Below, in pieces: positions 1 to 16,553 of a DNA stretch of 64,000 nucleotides. The notes under the pieces are model-generated. The model was not told the origin of the DNA and made no database searches. It saw only the letters and a list, made by a program, of their open reading frames with translations. Numbering within the stretch: position 1 is the stretch's first letter; every line of letters begins with the position of its first letter. Source of the stretch: Eledone cirrhosa (lineage: Eukaryota); assembly GCA_964016885.1 (NCBI GenBank), contig CAXHJY010000226.1, positions 1 through 64,000 of the forward strand, written 5' to 3'. The position numbers and the translations under genes were made by a program.

Positions 1-1320
1 TACACATATATATACATACATATACATACATATACATACATATACATACATACATATATATACATACATACACATACATATACATACATATACACACATA
101 TATATACACATACATACACATACATACATATACACATATATACATACATATATACATACATACATATATACATATACATACATATATACATACACACACA
201 CATACATATACATACATATATACATACATACATACATATACATACACATATACATACATATATACATATACATACACATATACATACACACATACATATA
301 CATACACATATACATACATATATACATACATATACACATACATACATACATACATACATACATACACACATATACATATATATACATACATACATACATG
401 CAATATACATACATATACATACATACATACATACATATATACACATATACATACATACATACACATATATACATATACATACATATATACATACATACAC
501 ACACATATACATACATACATACATACATATATATACATATACATACACATACACATACATATACATACATATACATACATACATACATACATATACACAC
601 ATATACATACATATATATATACATACACACATACATACATATACATATATATACATACATACATACACACACATATACATACATACATACATACACACAT
701 ACATACACATATACATACATACATACATACATATATACATACATACATATATACATATACATACATACATACATACATATACATACACATACACATATAC
801 ATACATACATACATATACATACATACACATACATATACATACATACATATACACATACATACACATATACATACATACACATATACATACATATACATAC
901 ATATACATACATATATATATACATACATATACATATACATACATATATATATACATACATACATACATACATACACATATACATACATATATACATACAT
1001 ATACACATACACACACATATACATACATACATACATACATACATATACACATACATACATACATATATACATACATACACACATACATACATACATATAC
1101 ATATACACACATACATACATACATACATATACATACACACATACATACATACATATACATACACATATACATACATACATATACATACATACATACATAC
1201 ATACATATACATACACATATACATACATGTATATACATATACATACACATATACACATACATACATACATATACATACACACACACATACATATATACAT
1301 ATACACATATATATACATAT
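1..1320. repeat. Degenerate (TACA/TA/CA)n microsatellite
   Basis: Almost entirely tacata/tacaca/tata units. Confidence 0.97.
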
Positions 1321-1932
1321 ATGGTGGCTGCCAACTCGTTTTCGAGTACGGCCACTACTTTATATCCATGTAGGAGAACCCCTACCGATACGCTGAACGA
1401 GTGTGACTTTTTAGTCCAGCCAGCAACTTGAAAACTCTGGTACAAACACTACACTTGTGACAATTATTGACACATAGTGCTGGGCCCATGGTACCATGTA
1501 ATGACAAGTGCAGAGAGATCTCCAGATACAAAGCAATGCCTGTGCCGTGAAGCTTTTATAGTGAGCAAAGGCACTGCACAAAGCCAGTCCCACTCTCTTA
1601 ACCAAGATGATATTTACCAAAAAGAAGAACAAGTCAACATCATTGGATACCATCAGGGTTGCAGGTGTTATATCAGAGTTTTCCTTCTCCTAGAATTCTG
1701 CCTTGACAAAGGCTAAGGGGTCATCTCTCCCGGTGATTTTGGATGGCCATTGACTCTTAAGAGCTCCTTTGCCCTTTGACAGGTTTTGTTTTTAGTCCTG
1801 CAGGATGTCCAAAGTCACCCTCCTCACCAAGAAACCTTAGTGGGGTTGCCAGTTTAGTCGCCAACGACCCGACCATGAGACAGGTTGTACTGGGATACAT
1901 GTTACCAGCAGCACCAAGTGGTGACCTGACAT
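1321..1932 (-). mobile_element. Non-autonomous RTE-derived element (RTE 5'UTR joined to an RTE 3' terminus, no ORF)
   Basis: 1533-1735 aligns by eye with the 5'UTR of the RTE at 37446-37670 (gcaatgcctgtgc...cccactctct...caacatcat...ccttctcctaga). 1321-1353 (atggtggctgccaactcgttttcgagtacggcca) matches that RTE's 3' end at 33326-33358 (atgatggctgccccctcgttatcgagtatggcca). Confidence 0.8.
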
Positions 1933-3047
<1,115 letters not shown>

Positions 3048-3930
3048 GTCATATGAATATATATCTCATATGAAATAAAACAGCCAATTTTCCACGCAAT
3101 ACTTTTAGTTAGCACCCCGAACGCATAATTGGGAATATAATCACTTATTTCCTAATGTTTGTTGAGTGTGTTGGAATTTGGCCGGAGTATCGCTAAAAAG
3201 CTTTCTCCGATATTGTATTTATTTATTTACTCTTGGCGCAGCAGAATCGAAATAATTCCCGGTATAAGGTTAGCATTTCTTTGTTTATTTTTTATATATG
3301 AATATTGATTGTTCCTTATATCTCATTCCGTTAATTTGCCCGAGAAAATATGTGTGTGTGATCAAATGTATTCACATAGATATTTTTTCAATTTCCAATT
3401 GAATTCTTAGCAAGTGGCCTGAATTTCTTTCAGAATTCATTGTCATGCGCATGTATTGTTTTTTTGGCGGTAATTTGCTTCCTTAATTTTTGAATCAGTT
3501 TGAGTACTTCTTTAGAACTGCTGGACTGGCACCTGACAGATACCTCTGGCACAGAGGATGATGATTATCGGTAAATACTGATGTCGGTTAGATTATCAAT
3601 ATTGGTATTATTGAGGCACCCACTGATGAATTATAGGAGCCCATTTGAATATATATCTATTGATCGTATACAAGCTCCTACATAAATTGGTATAATTTCA
3701 CCCAAATTGTAGGAATCCTATAATGAAACGAGACGTCCGTCTGGGAAAAAATATATAAGATATGTTTCATATGAAATAATACAGCCAATTTTCCACGCAA
3801 TACTTTTAGTTAGCACCCCGAACGCATAATTTGGAATATAATCACTTATTTCCTAATGTTTGTTGAGTGAGTTGGAATTTGGCCGGAGTATCGCTAAAAA
3901 GCTTTCTCCGATAGTGTATTTATTATTACA
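3048..3930 (+). mobile_element. PLE pLTR-like/retrozyme-like repeat, family A (~700-bp unit, ~1.25 units)
   Basis: The segment atgaaata..acagccaattttccacgcaatac...gtatttatt occurs at ~3070 and again at ~3771. Contains an HHR fold and is flanked by (TA)n. Confidence 0.75.
3619..3745 (+). ncRNA. Type I hammerhead ribozyme with a large branched stem II (family A)
   Basis: ccca-CTGATGA-attatagga[~77 nt]tcctataat-GAAAC-g-agacgtc-c-GTC-tggg. Confidence 0.8.
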
Positions 3931-3940
3931 TATACATATG

Positions 3941-4046
<106 letters not shown>

Positions 4047-4221
4047 TATATACATATACATATATATATATATACATATACATATACATATATATATACA
4101 TATACATATATATGTACATATATATATATATATACATATATATACATTTATATATATATATATATATACATATATATACATATATATATATATATATACA
4201 TATATATATACATATATATAC

Positions 4222-4254
<33 letters not shown>

Positions 4255-4255
4255 C

Positions 4256-4472
<217 letters not shown>

Positions 4473-4572
4473 CATAAAATATATATAGATACACATATAT
4501 ATATATATATATACATATATATTTATATACATATATATATATATATACATATATATACATATATATATATAC

Positions 4573-4637
<65 letters not shown>

Positions 4638-4690
4638 CATATATATATACATATATGTATACATATATATATATATACATATATATATAC

Positions 4691-4721
<31 letters not shown>

Positions 4722-4776
4722 CATATATATATACATATATATATATATACATATATATATACATATAAATATATAC

Positions 4777-4811
<35 letters not shown>

Positions 4812-4846
4812 CATGTCTATATATATATATACATATATATATATAC

Positions 4847-4877
<31 letters not shown>

Positions 4878-4976
4878 AATATATATATATACACATATAT
4901 ATATATACACATATATATATACATATATATATACATATATATATATATACATATATATATATACATATATATATAC

Positions 4977-5056
<80 letters not shown>

Positions 5057-5057
5057 G

Positions 5058-5089
<32 letters not shown>

Positions 5090-5257
5090 CATATATACAT
5101 TTATATATATATATATATATATATACATATATATACATATATATATATATTTATATATATATATATAAAAGACGTAAAATAAGAAAATATCTTTAAAAAA
5201 AAAAAAAAATTTTTTTTTAAATTTTTTACTTACTATGTTAGTTGATATATTAAATTA

Positions 5258-5293
<36 letters not shown>

Positions 5294-5374
5294 TATATAA
5301 ATTTATATATATACACATATATATATATATATACATATATATAAATATATATAAATATATATATACATATACAC

Positions 5375-5405
<31 letters not shown>

Positions 5406-5406
5406 C

Positions 5407-5507
<101 letters not shown>

Positions 5508-5627
5508 CATATATACATATATATACATACATATATATATATATAAATATATATATATACATATATATACATATATATATATACATATATATATATATCT
5601 TTTCGATTCTGCTGCGCCAATATGTAT

Positions 5628-5679
<52 letters not shown>

Positions 5680-5746
5680 GTACATATAAATATGTATATA
5701 TATATGTATATATATATATATATATGTATATATAAATATGTATATA

Positions 5747-5793
<47 letters not shown>

Positions 5794-5794
5794 C

Positions 5795-5839
<45 letters not shown>

Positions 5840-5870
5840 CTATATGTATATATATATATGTATATATATG

Positions 5871-5953
<83 letters not shown>

Positions 5954-5997
5954 GTGTGTATATATATATATATGTATATATATATATTAATATATAC

Positions 5998-6030
<33 letters not shown>

Positions 6031-6065
6031 CATTTATATATATATATACATATATATATATACAC

Positions 6066-6102
<37 letters not shown>

Positions 6103-6103
6103 C

Positions 6104-6136
<33 letters not shown>

Positions 6137-6271
6137 CACATATATATATACATATATATGTATATACATGTATATATATACATATAAACATATATATATA
6201 TATATACATATATATATACATATATATATATATATAGATAGATAGATATATATATAGATATATAGATACAA

Positions 6272-6352
<81 letters not shown>

Positions 6353-6353
6353 C

Positions 6354-6384
<31 letters not shown>

Positions 6385-6489
6385 CATACATATACATATA
6401 TATATATACATATATATATACATATATATACATATATATATATATACATATATATATATAGATATATATATATACATATATATATATAC

Positions 6490-6579
<90 letters not shown>

Positions 6580-6717
6580 TTATATATATATACATATATA
6601 TATATACATATATATATATACATATAGATATACATATATATATATATACATATATATATACATATTTATATATACATATATATATATATATATACATTTT
6701 ATATATATATACATATA

Positions 6718-7910
6718 TATGTCCAATATTGCTGTCACTGGAAAGCTGCTGCAGTGGATCAAGAGCTTCCTGTCAAACAGAACCCAACATGTTGTAGTTG
6801 AAGGAGTCAAATCCAGCCCAGCCAAAGTCAGTAGTGGGGTCCCACAAGGCACTGTGTTGGGCCCACTTCTCGTCATCATCTATATTAATGACATCACTGA
6901 CATCATCAAACACAGCAACATTAAAATTTTCGCTGATGATTCCAAGCTCCAAAAGGTCATCAATGGCGTGGATGACCGGATAAGCCTTCAGTCAGACCTA
7001 CTGGCTGTTACCCAATGGGCGGAAAAGAACAACATGTTACTGAACGAAGACAAATTCGAACTGATCCACTTTGGAAAAGAGGATGCTCTGAAACTCCCGT
7101 ACTCCCTTCCCTCCGGGGAAACTCTCGTGGCATTAACAACATCAGAGACTTGGGAGTAACTGTGGACAGCAACAAAAGCTGGGCTACGCATATAAGCTGC
7201 AAAGTTGACATGGCCCGCAGAATGTGTTCCTGGATCCTCAGAACCTTCCAGTCGAGAGATTCCCACACCATTATCCTTCTCTTCTCTACTTTTGCCCGAC
7301 CACACCTTGAATACTGTTGTCCACTGTGGTCTCTCCACACGAAACAAAGTATCATGAAACTTGAAGCTCCTCAAAGGGCAAACGAAAAAGATAGATGGCA
7401 TGTCAGACCTTGACTACTGGGGTCGACTAGAAAAGCTGAAACTTTACTCACTCCAACGTCGCCGTGAGCGTTATATTATCTGCATGATGTGGAAAATGTT
7501 CCATCATCACTGCCCAAATGATGTTGGCATCGCCTTCAAGATACACCCAAGGCTTGGGCCCCGTGCTATCCGTCCCATACAAAAATCTAAATCGCAACTC
7601 ATAACAACAATACGGCACAATTATTTCCCCTCAATTGGCCCTGCTCTCTTCAACATCACACCAGGACACGTCAAAACAGAAAACTGACCACACAAAATTC
7701 AAGAAGTCTTTGGACAAATTCCTCCAAGTAAACCCGGACAAACCACCCACACCCGGATATGTCTCCGCAAACAGTAATTCTCTTCTCGAATGGGCCATGG
7801 TGCCCAAATCCTGAATTGAAAGACTTCGCCAGGTGGTGCTATTAAGTTATACATGGCCTGGGCCAATACTGGCCAAAACATTTCAAAGTTATTCAAAGTT
7901 AATCAAAGTT
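6718..7910 (+). mobile_element. 5'-truncated CR1/L2-group LINE (RT C-terminal half), frameshifted
   Basis: [18 protein letters not shown] and [11 protein letters not shown] motifs spread over three frames; (ttcaaagtta)n 3' tail. Confidence 0.9.
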
Positions 7911-7922
7911 ATATATATACAT

Positions 7923-9331
7923 ATTGGCGCAGCAGATTCGAAAAGATTCCCGGTATATGGTTAGCATTTCTTTGTTTATTTTTTATATATGAATATTGAT
8001 TGTTCCTTATATCTCATTCTGTTATCTTGACCAAGAAAATATCTGTGTGTGTCATCAAATGTTCTACACACATAGATATTTTTTCAATTTCCAATTGAGT
8101 TCTTAGCACGTGGCCTGAATTTCTTTCAGAATTCATTGTCATGCGCATGTATTGTTTTTTTGGCGGTAATTTGCTTCCTCATTTTTTGAATCAGTTTAAG
8201 CACTTCTTTAGAACTGCTGGACTGGCAATCTGACAGATACCTCAGGCACAGAGGATGATGATTATCGCTAAATACTGATGTTGGTTAGATTATCAATATT
8301 AGTATTATTGGGGTACCCACTGATGAATTATAGGAGCACACTAGAATATATATCTATTGATGGTATACAAGCTCCTACATAAATTGGTATAATTTCACCC
8401 AAATTGTAGTAATCCTATAATGAAACGAGACGTCCGTCTGGGAAGAGATATATTAGATATGACTCATATGAAATATAACAGCCAATTTTCCACGCAATAC
8501 TTTTAGTTAGCACCCCGAACCCATAATTGGGAATATAATCACTTATTTCCTAATGTTTGTTGAGTGTGTTGGAATTTGGCCGGAGTATCGCTAAAAAGTT
8601 TTCTCCGATATTGTATTTATTTATTTACTCTTGGCGCAGCAGAATCGAAATAATTCCCGGTATAAGGTTAGTATTTCTTTGTTTATTTTTTATATATGAA
8701 TATTGATTGTTCCTTATATCTCATTCTGTTATTTTGCCCGAGAAAATATCTGTGTGTGTGATCAAATGTTGTATTCACATAGATATTTTTTCAATTTCCA
8801 ATTGAGTTCTTAGCACGTGGGCTGAATTCCTCTCAGAATTCATTGTCATGCGCATGTATTGTATTTTTTGGCGGTAATTTGCTTCCTTATTTTTGAAACA
8901 GTTTGAGTACTTCTTTAGAACTGCTGGACTGGCAACCTGACAGATATTTCAGGCACAGAGGATAATGATTATCGCTAAATACTGATGTTGGTTAGATTAT
9001 CAATATTAGTATTATTGGGGAACCCACTGATGAATTATAGGAGCCCGCTTGAATATGTATCTATTGATGGTATACAAGCTCCTACATAAATTGGTATAAT
9101 TTCACCAAATTGTAGGAATCCTATAATGAAATGAGACGTCCGTCTGGGAAAAAATATATTAGATATGTCTCATGAGAAATAATACAATCAATTTTCCACG
9201 CAATACTTTTAGTTAGCACCCCGAACGCATAATTGGGAATATAATCACTTATTTCCTAATGTTTGTTGAGTGAGTTGGAATTTGGCCGGAGTATCGCTAA
9301 AAAGCTTTCTCCGATAGTGTATTTATTATTA
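7923..9331 (+). mobile_element. Family A repeat, two tandem ~705-bp units, each with an HHR (8316-8442, 9023-9148)
   Basis: Diverged copies of 3048-3930 with the same 3' end (gtatttattattac) and HHR cores retained. Confidence 0.8.
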
Positions 9332-9381
9332 CATATACATATGTATATATGTATATATGTATATATATATATATATATATT

Positions 9382-9455
<74 letters not shown>

Positions 9456-9516
9456 TATATACATATACATACATATATAATATACATATACATATATATA
9501 TACATATACATATATA

Positions 9517-9548
<32 letters not shown>

Positions 9549-9570
9549 CATTATATATATATATATATAA

Positions 9571-9701
<131 letters not shown>

Positions 9702-9728
9702 CATATATAAATATATACATATATATAT

Positions 9729-9833
<105 letters not shown>

Positions 9834-9922
9834 AAAATTAAAATACTAGAGTTAAACACACTCGTCGTAATATAGAAATGGCAGTATAAGATATAGCTCA
9901 ATGTAATATAACAGAGCCGAAA

Positions 9923-9971
<49 letters not shown>

Positions 9972-9987
9972 CATAAAATATATATAG

Positions 9988-10028
<41 letters not shown>

Positions 10029-10179
10029 TATTTATATACATATATACATATATATATACATATATATATACATATATATATATATATACATATATATATA
10101 CATATATATATATAAACATATATATATATACATATATATATACATATATATACATATATATATATACATATATATATAC

Positions 10180-10210
<31 letters not shown>

Positions 10211-10333
10211 CATATATATATACATATATATATAAATACATATATATATACATATATATATATATACATATATATATACATACATATATATATATATACA
10301 TGGATATATATATATATACATATATATATATAC

Positions 10334-10364
<31 letters not shown>

Positions 10365-10400
10365 AATATATATATATATACACATATATATATATACACA

Positions 10401-10493
<93 letters not shown>

Positions 10494-10509
10494 TTACATA
10501 TATATATAC

Positions 10510-10572
<63 letters not shown>

Positions 10573-10579
10573 TATATAC

Positions 10580-10616
<37 letters not shown>

Positions 10617-10627
10617 CATATATATAT

Positions 10628-11446
10628 AATTAAGTTAAAAATGTACATCCACATATGTATACTGAAATACTAGTATGCATATGAATACACACACGTGTAC
10701 ATATGTAGATGTACTGAGTTTTTCACTGGACACTTTACTGTGAGTGTCCAGCTATTCTGTATGTAAACACACAGACAAACCGAATAGCTGGACACTCACA
10801 GTAAAGTTTCCAGTAAAAAACTCGGTACATCTACATATGTACACGTGTGTGTATTCATATGCATACTAGTATTTCAGTATACATATGTGGATGTACATTT
10901 TTAACTTAATTGTTTAAGCGTCAGTCATACAAAAGTGAGTTACAAACGAAACGAAATTTAATTTCGTTTTGTTATTTGTTTTTATCGTCTCAGCTGAACC
11001 GGTACGTACTCACGCTCTATGCAAATTAGTCTGCCCACTACTAATTTTCATAGAAAAAGCATATAACGATATGTGCTTTTACGATTCTCTAGAAAGGCCG
11101 GAGGATAGGTAAATATTGCTGATGAGATTTAACAACATCGAAACTAGTCCAATATTCTGTCTGGCTTTCTGGAGAATAGAGGAAAGGTGTTTCCTCGAAA
11201 ACCAGTATGACTCTAAAAACCGGTTTGTCTGTGTGTTTATATACAGAATAGCTGGACACTCACAGTAAAGTGTCCAGTGAAAAACTCGGTACATCTCCAT
11301 ATGTACACGTGTGTGTATTCATATGCATACTAGTATTTCAGTATACATATGTGGATGTACATTTTTAACTTAATTGTTTAAGCGACAGTCATACAAAAGT
11401 GAGTTACAAACGAAACGAAATTTAATTTCGTTTCGTTATTTGTTTT
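10628..11446 (+). mobile_element. Diverged family B (467-bp) insertion: short inverted arm (10628-10782) plus ~1.4 direct units
   Basis: Homologous to the 21426-28116 array; orientation switch at ~10782. Confidence 0.85.
11112..11156 (+). ncRNA. Minimal type I hammerhead ribozyme (family B variant, GUC site)
   Basis: aatattg-CTGATGA-gat(ttaacaac)atc-GAAAC-ta-GTC-caatatt. Confidence 0.85.
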
Positions 11447-11505
11447 CATATATATATACATATATATATATATACATATATATATATACATATATATATA
11501 TATAC

Positions 11506-11620
<115 letters not shown>

Positions 11621-11631
11621 CATATATATAC

Positions 11632-11714
<83 letters not shown>

Positions 11715-11750
11715 CATATATATAAATATATATATATATACATATACACA

Positions 11751-11820
<70 letters not shown>

Positions 11821-11822
11821 TA

Positions 11823-11892
<70 letters not shown>

Positions 11893-12131
11893 CACATATA
11901 TATATATACATATTGCAGCAATATGTATATATATATATATACATATATATATACATATTGCTGCGCCAATATGTATATATATATGTATATGTATATATAC
12001 ATATATATATATATAAATATATATATATACATATATATATATACATATATATATATGTACACATATATATACATATATATATATACACATATATATACAT
12101 ATCTTTTCGATTCTGCTGCGCCAATATGTAT

Positions 12132-12218
<87 letters not shown>

Positions 12219-12281
12219 CATATATATATACATATATGTATATATATATACATATATATATACACATATATATATATATAC

Positions 12282-12364
<83 letters not shown>

Positions 12365-12399
12365 CATATATACATATATATATATATACATATATATAC

Positions 12400-12436
<37 letters not shown>

Positions 12437-12645
12437 CATATCTTTTCGATTCTGCTGCGCCTATATGTATATATACATGTATATGTATATATATATATAT
12501 ATTTATGAATATATAAATATGTATATATATATGTATATATATATATATATATGTATATATAAATATGTATATATATATGTATATATATATATATATATGT
12601 ATATCTATATGTATATATATATATGTATATATATATATGTATATA

Positions 12646-12702
<57 letters not shown>

Positions 12703-12713
12703 ATGTATATATG

Positions 12714-12798
<85 letters not shown>

Positions 12799-12803
12799 GT
12801 GTG

Positions 12804-12851
<48 letters not shown>

Positions 12852-12872
12852 CATCTATATATTAATATATAC

Positions 12873-12914
<42 letters not shown>

Positions 12915-12950
12915 ATTTATATATATATATACATATATATATATACATAG

Positions 12951-13028
<78 letters not shown>

Positions 13029-13137
13029 ATATATACATATATATGTATATACATGTATATATATACATATAAACATATATATATAATATACATATATATA
13101 TACACATATATATATATATAGATAGGTATATATACAA

Positions 13138-13204
<67 letters not shown>

Positions 13205-13205
13205 C

Positions 13206-13262
<57 letters not shown>

Positions 13263-13369
13263 CATATACATATATATATATACATATATATATACATATA
13301 TATATACATATATATACATATATATATATACATATATATACATATACATATATATATATACATATATAG

Positions 13370-14110
13370 AGATTACAGTAATCAAAGTTCAGTTTAAGTC
13401 ATTTATTTGCTTACAATTGTTTCCTCCAAACCGAGGTTTGGATTCTTCGGAGCAACTATTTATAACATACTTGACCTCCTTTTCAACCCAAGAGACACAT
13501 AAAACATATGCGCATATTGATCAACAGTCGGGTGACATTCATCAAATGATACAGCATGGCAATTTACATATAAAGGTTACAGGATAAAAATAAAATAAAA
13601 ACAAGAGTGAAAATAAGAGTGAAAATAAAGATAAACATGAAGCGTTGGCAGTCTATGAAGATAAAGCAAGAGGAAAGCTTAGAGTAGTCAGTGTATGAAA
13701 CAATCTCCCGTGTAGCATGCACGCGTGTCTTATCTATACATGATTAGAGTGCATCAGAATGATATTTGCAGGGTCAGGCAGTTGAAGCTGGCAATCGATC
13801 TTATTGTGTAGGCTGAATTATTAAGTCATTTATTCTCATACATCTGTATGATATACAGTCTCGGATGCGGGGAAACACCAAAATATCAAAAACCTTCAAC
13901 ATACTATAAACCTTATTGTATCGTAGGCAAGGCCGTACCACTGTCCTTGCTCACACCACCACTCACATAATCCATGAGACGCAATATATATATAAAGAAC
14001 ACGCGTCTATTGTATAATTCGCGGTGGTTCAGCATATAGTCAAGCTATAAACCGCATCCAGTCGGTTCTTAATTAATATATCATGCTGTCCAGATTCCGG
14101 AAGTGCCTGA
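13370..14110 (-). mobile_element. HHR-bearing non-coding island, putative PLE pLTR (family C)
   Basis: Unique island in (TA)n with an HHR fold near its minus-strand 3' end. Confidence 0.55.
13407..13455 (-). ncRNA. Minimal hammerhead with variant core CCGAAGA
   Basis: Reverse complement reads ttgct-CCGAAGA-a-tccaaac(ctcg)gtttgga-g-GAAAC-aatt-GTA-agcaa. Confidence 0.7.
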
Positions 14111-14140
14111 ATATACATATATATACATATATATATATAC

Positions 14141-14199
<59 letters not shown>

Positions 14200-14200
14200 C

Positions 14201-14255
<55 letters not shown>

Positions 14256-14283
14256 TATATATATATAGATATATATAGATATA

Positions 14284-14630
14284 TTTCATTTTCATTTCAT
14301 TTTACATCCGCTTTTCCCTGCTTGCAAGGGTGGGACGGGAACTGATTCTGGCTTGATTTCTACAGCTGGATGCCCTTCCTAACACCAACCTCATTTACAG
14401 TGAGTGCTGGGTGCTTTTTTTGCCGTGGCACCTCCACGACCACTTTGCAGTGGGATGATAGAGACTAGAGACCCCATTCCCTATCATCTCATTTCTACAG
14501 CTGAGTAAACTGGAGCAATGTGAAATAAAGTCTCTTGCTCAAGGAAACAACACATCACCTGGTCTGAGAATTGAACTCACAACCTTTCGATTGCAAGGCC
14601 AATGCTCTAACCACTAAGCCATGTGCCTCC
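14284..14630 (-). mobile_element. tRNA-derived SINE resembling cephalopod SINEs
   Basis: Minus strand has A box tggcttagtgg, B box gagttcaattc, CORE-like ccttgagcaag, the body motif ttaggaagggcatccagctgtagaaa and a (tgaaa)n tail. Confidence 0.85.
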
Positions 14631-14658
14631 ATATATATATATACATATATATATATAC

Positions 14659-14711
<53 letters not shown>

Positions 14712-14743
14712 CATATATATATATACATATAGATATACATATA

Positions 14744-14775
<32 letters not shown>

Positions 14776-14832
14776 CATATTTATATATACATATATATAT
14801 ATACATATATATGTATATATATATACATATAT

Positions 14833-16015
14833 ATGTCCAATATTGGTGTCACTGGAAAGCTGCTGCAGTGGATCAAGAGCTTCCTGTCAAACAGAACCCA
14901 ACATGTTGTAGTTGAAGGAGTCAAATCCAGCCCAGCCAAAGTTAGTAGTGGGGTCCCACAAGGCACTGTGTTGGGCCCACTTCTCTTCATCATCTATACT
15001 AATGACATCACTGACATCATCAAACACAGCAACATTAAAATTTTCACTGATGATTCCAAGCTCCAAAAGGTCATCAATGGCGTGGATGACCGGATAAGCC
15101 TTCAGTCAGACCTACTGGCTGTTACCCAATGGGCGGAAAAGAACAACATGTTACTGAACGAAGACAAATTCGAACTGATCCACTTTGCAAAAGAGGATGC
15201 TCTGAAACTCCCGTACTCCCTTCCCTCCGGGGAAATTCTCGTGGCATCTAACAACATCAGAGACTTGGGAGTAACTGTGGACAGCAACATAAGCTGGGCC
15301 ACGCATATAAGCAGCAAAGTTGACATGGCCCGCAGAATGTGTTCCTGGATCCTCAGAACCTTCCAGTCGAGAGATTCCCACACCATTATCCTTCTCTTCT
15401 CTACTTTTGCCCGACCACACCTTGAATACTGTTGTCCACTGTGGTCTCCCCACACGAAACAAAGTATCATGAAACTTGAAGCTCCTCAAAGGGCAATCAC
15501 GAAAAAGATAGATGGCATGTCAGACCTTGACTACTGGGGTCGACTAGAAAAGCTGAAACTTTACTCACTCCAACGTCGCCGTGAGCGTTATATTATCTGC
15601 ATGATGTGGAAAATGTTCCATCATCACTGCCCAAATGATGTTGGCATCGCCTTCAAGATACACCCAAGGCTTGGGCCCCGTGCTATCCGCCCCATACAAA
15701 AATCTAAATCGCAACTCATAACAACAATACGGCACAATTATTTCCCCTCAATTGGCCCTGCTCTCTTCAACATCACACCAGGACACGTCAAAACAGAAAC
15801 TGACCACACAAAATTCAAGAAGTCTTTGGACAAATTCCTCCAAGTAAACCCGGACAAACCACCCACACCCGGATATGTCTCCGCAAACAGTAATTCTCTT
15901 CTCGAATGGGCCATGGTGCCCAAATCCTGAATTGAAAGACTTCGCCAGGTGGTGCTATTAAGTTATACATGGCCTGGGCCAATACTGACCAAAACATTTC
16001 AAAGTTATTCAAAGT
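14833..16015 (+). mobile_element. 5'-truncated CR1/L2-group LINE, open RT C-terminal frame to 15930
   Basis: Near-identical to 6718-7910 with the same 5' breakpoint; [10 protein letters not shown] and FTDDSKL motifs; ttcaaagtta tail. Confidence 0.9.
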
Positions 16016-16114
16016 TATATATATACATATTTATATATACATAAATATATATATATATATATACATATATATATACATATACATATATATATATACATAT
16101 ACATATATATATAC

Positions 16115-16167
<53 letters not shown>

Positions 16168-16192
16168 CATATATATACATATATATATACAC

Positions 16193-16243
<51 letters not shown>

Positions 16244-16295
16244 CATATATATATATATACATATATATACATATATATACATATATATCTATCTA

Positions 16296-16345
<50 letters not shown>

Positions 16346-16413
16346 TATATATATACATATAAATTAATAAAATAATGAATAAACAAAGAAACAGTTCCTT
16401 ATATTAAAAAATT

Positions 16414-16553
16414 CATCATTTTACGATCGCTTCTAGGATATATATGTGTTAGAGTTGGTATGCATATTCTATAGATCTATGTACAATATTTATACAAACT
16501 ATCAGAGGGAATATACATACCTACACATATATATGCTGTCTTCAGAAATAATG
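16414..16553 (-). ncRNA. Degenerate hammerhead with long stem II (family D)
   Basis: cattattt-CTGAAGA-[long stem]-GAAG-cgatcg-TA-aaatgatg. The paralogue at 28517-28661 keeps GAAAC-gatc-GTT. Confidence 0.55.

Noticed and set aside
14555-14630. tRNA gene
   Set aside because: It is the tRNA-like head of a SINE, with no proper acceptor stem, and continues into the SINE body and tail.
14623-14832. N-terminal extension of the 435-aa ORF
   Set aside because: It is microsatellite read in frame into the truncated CR1 fragment.
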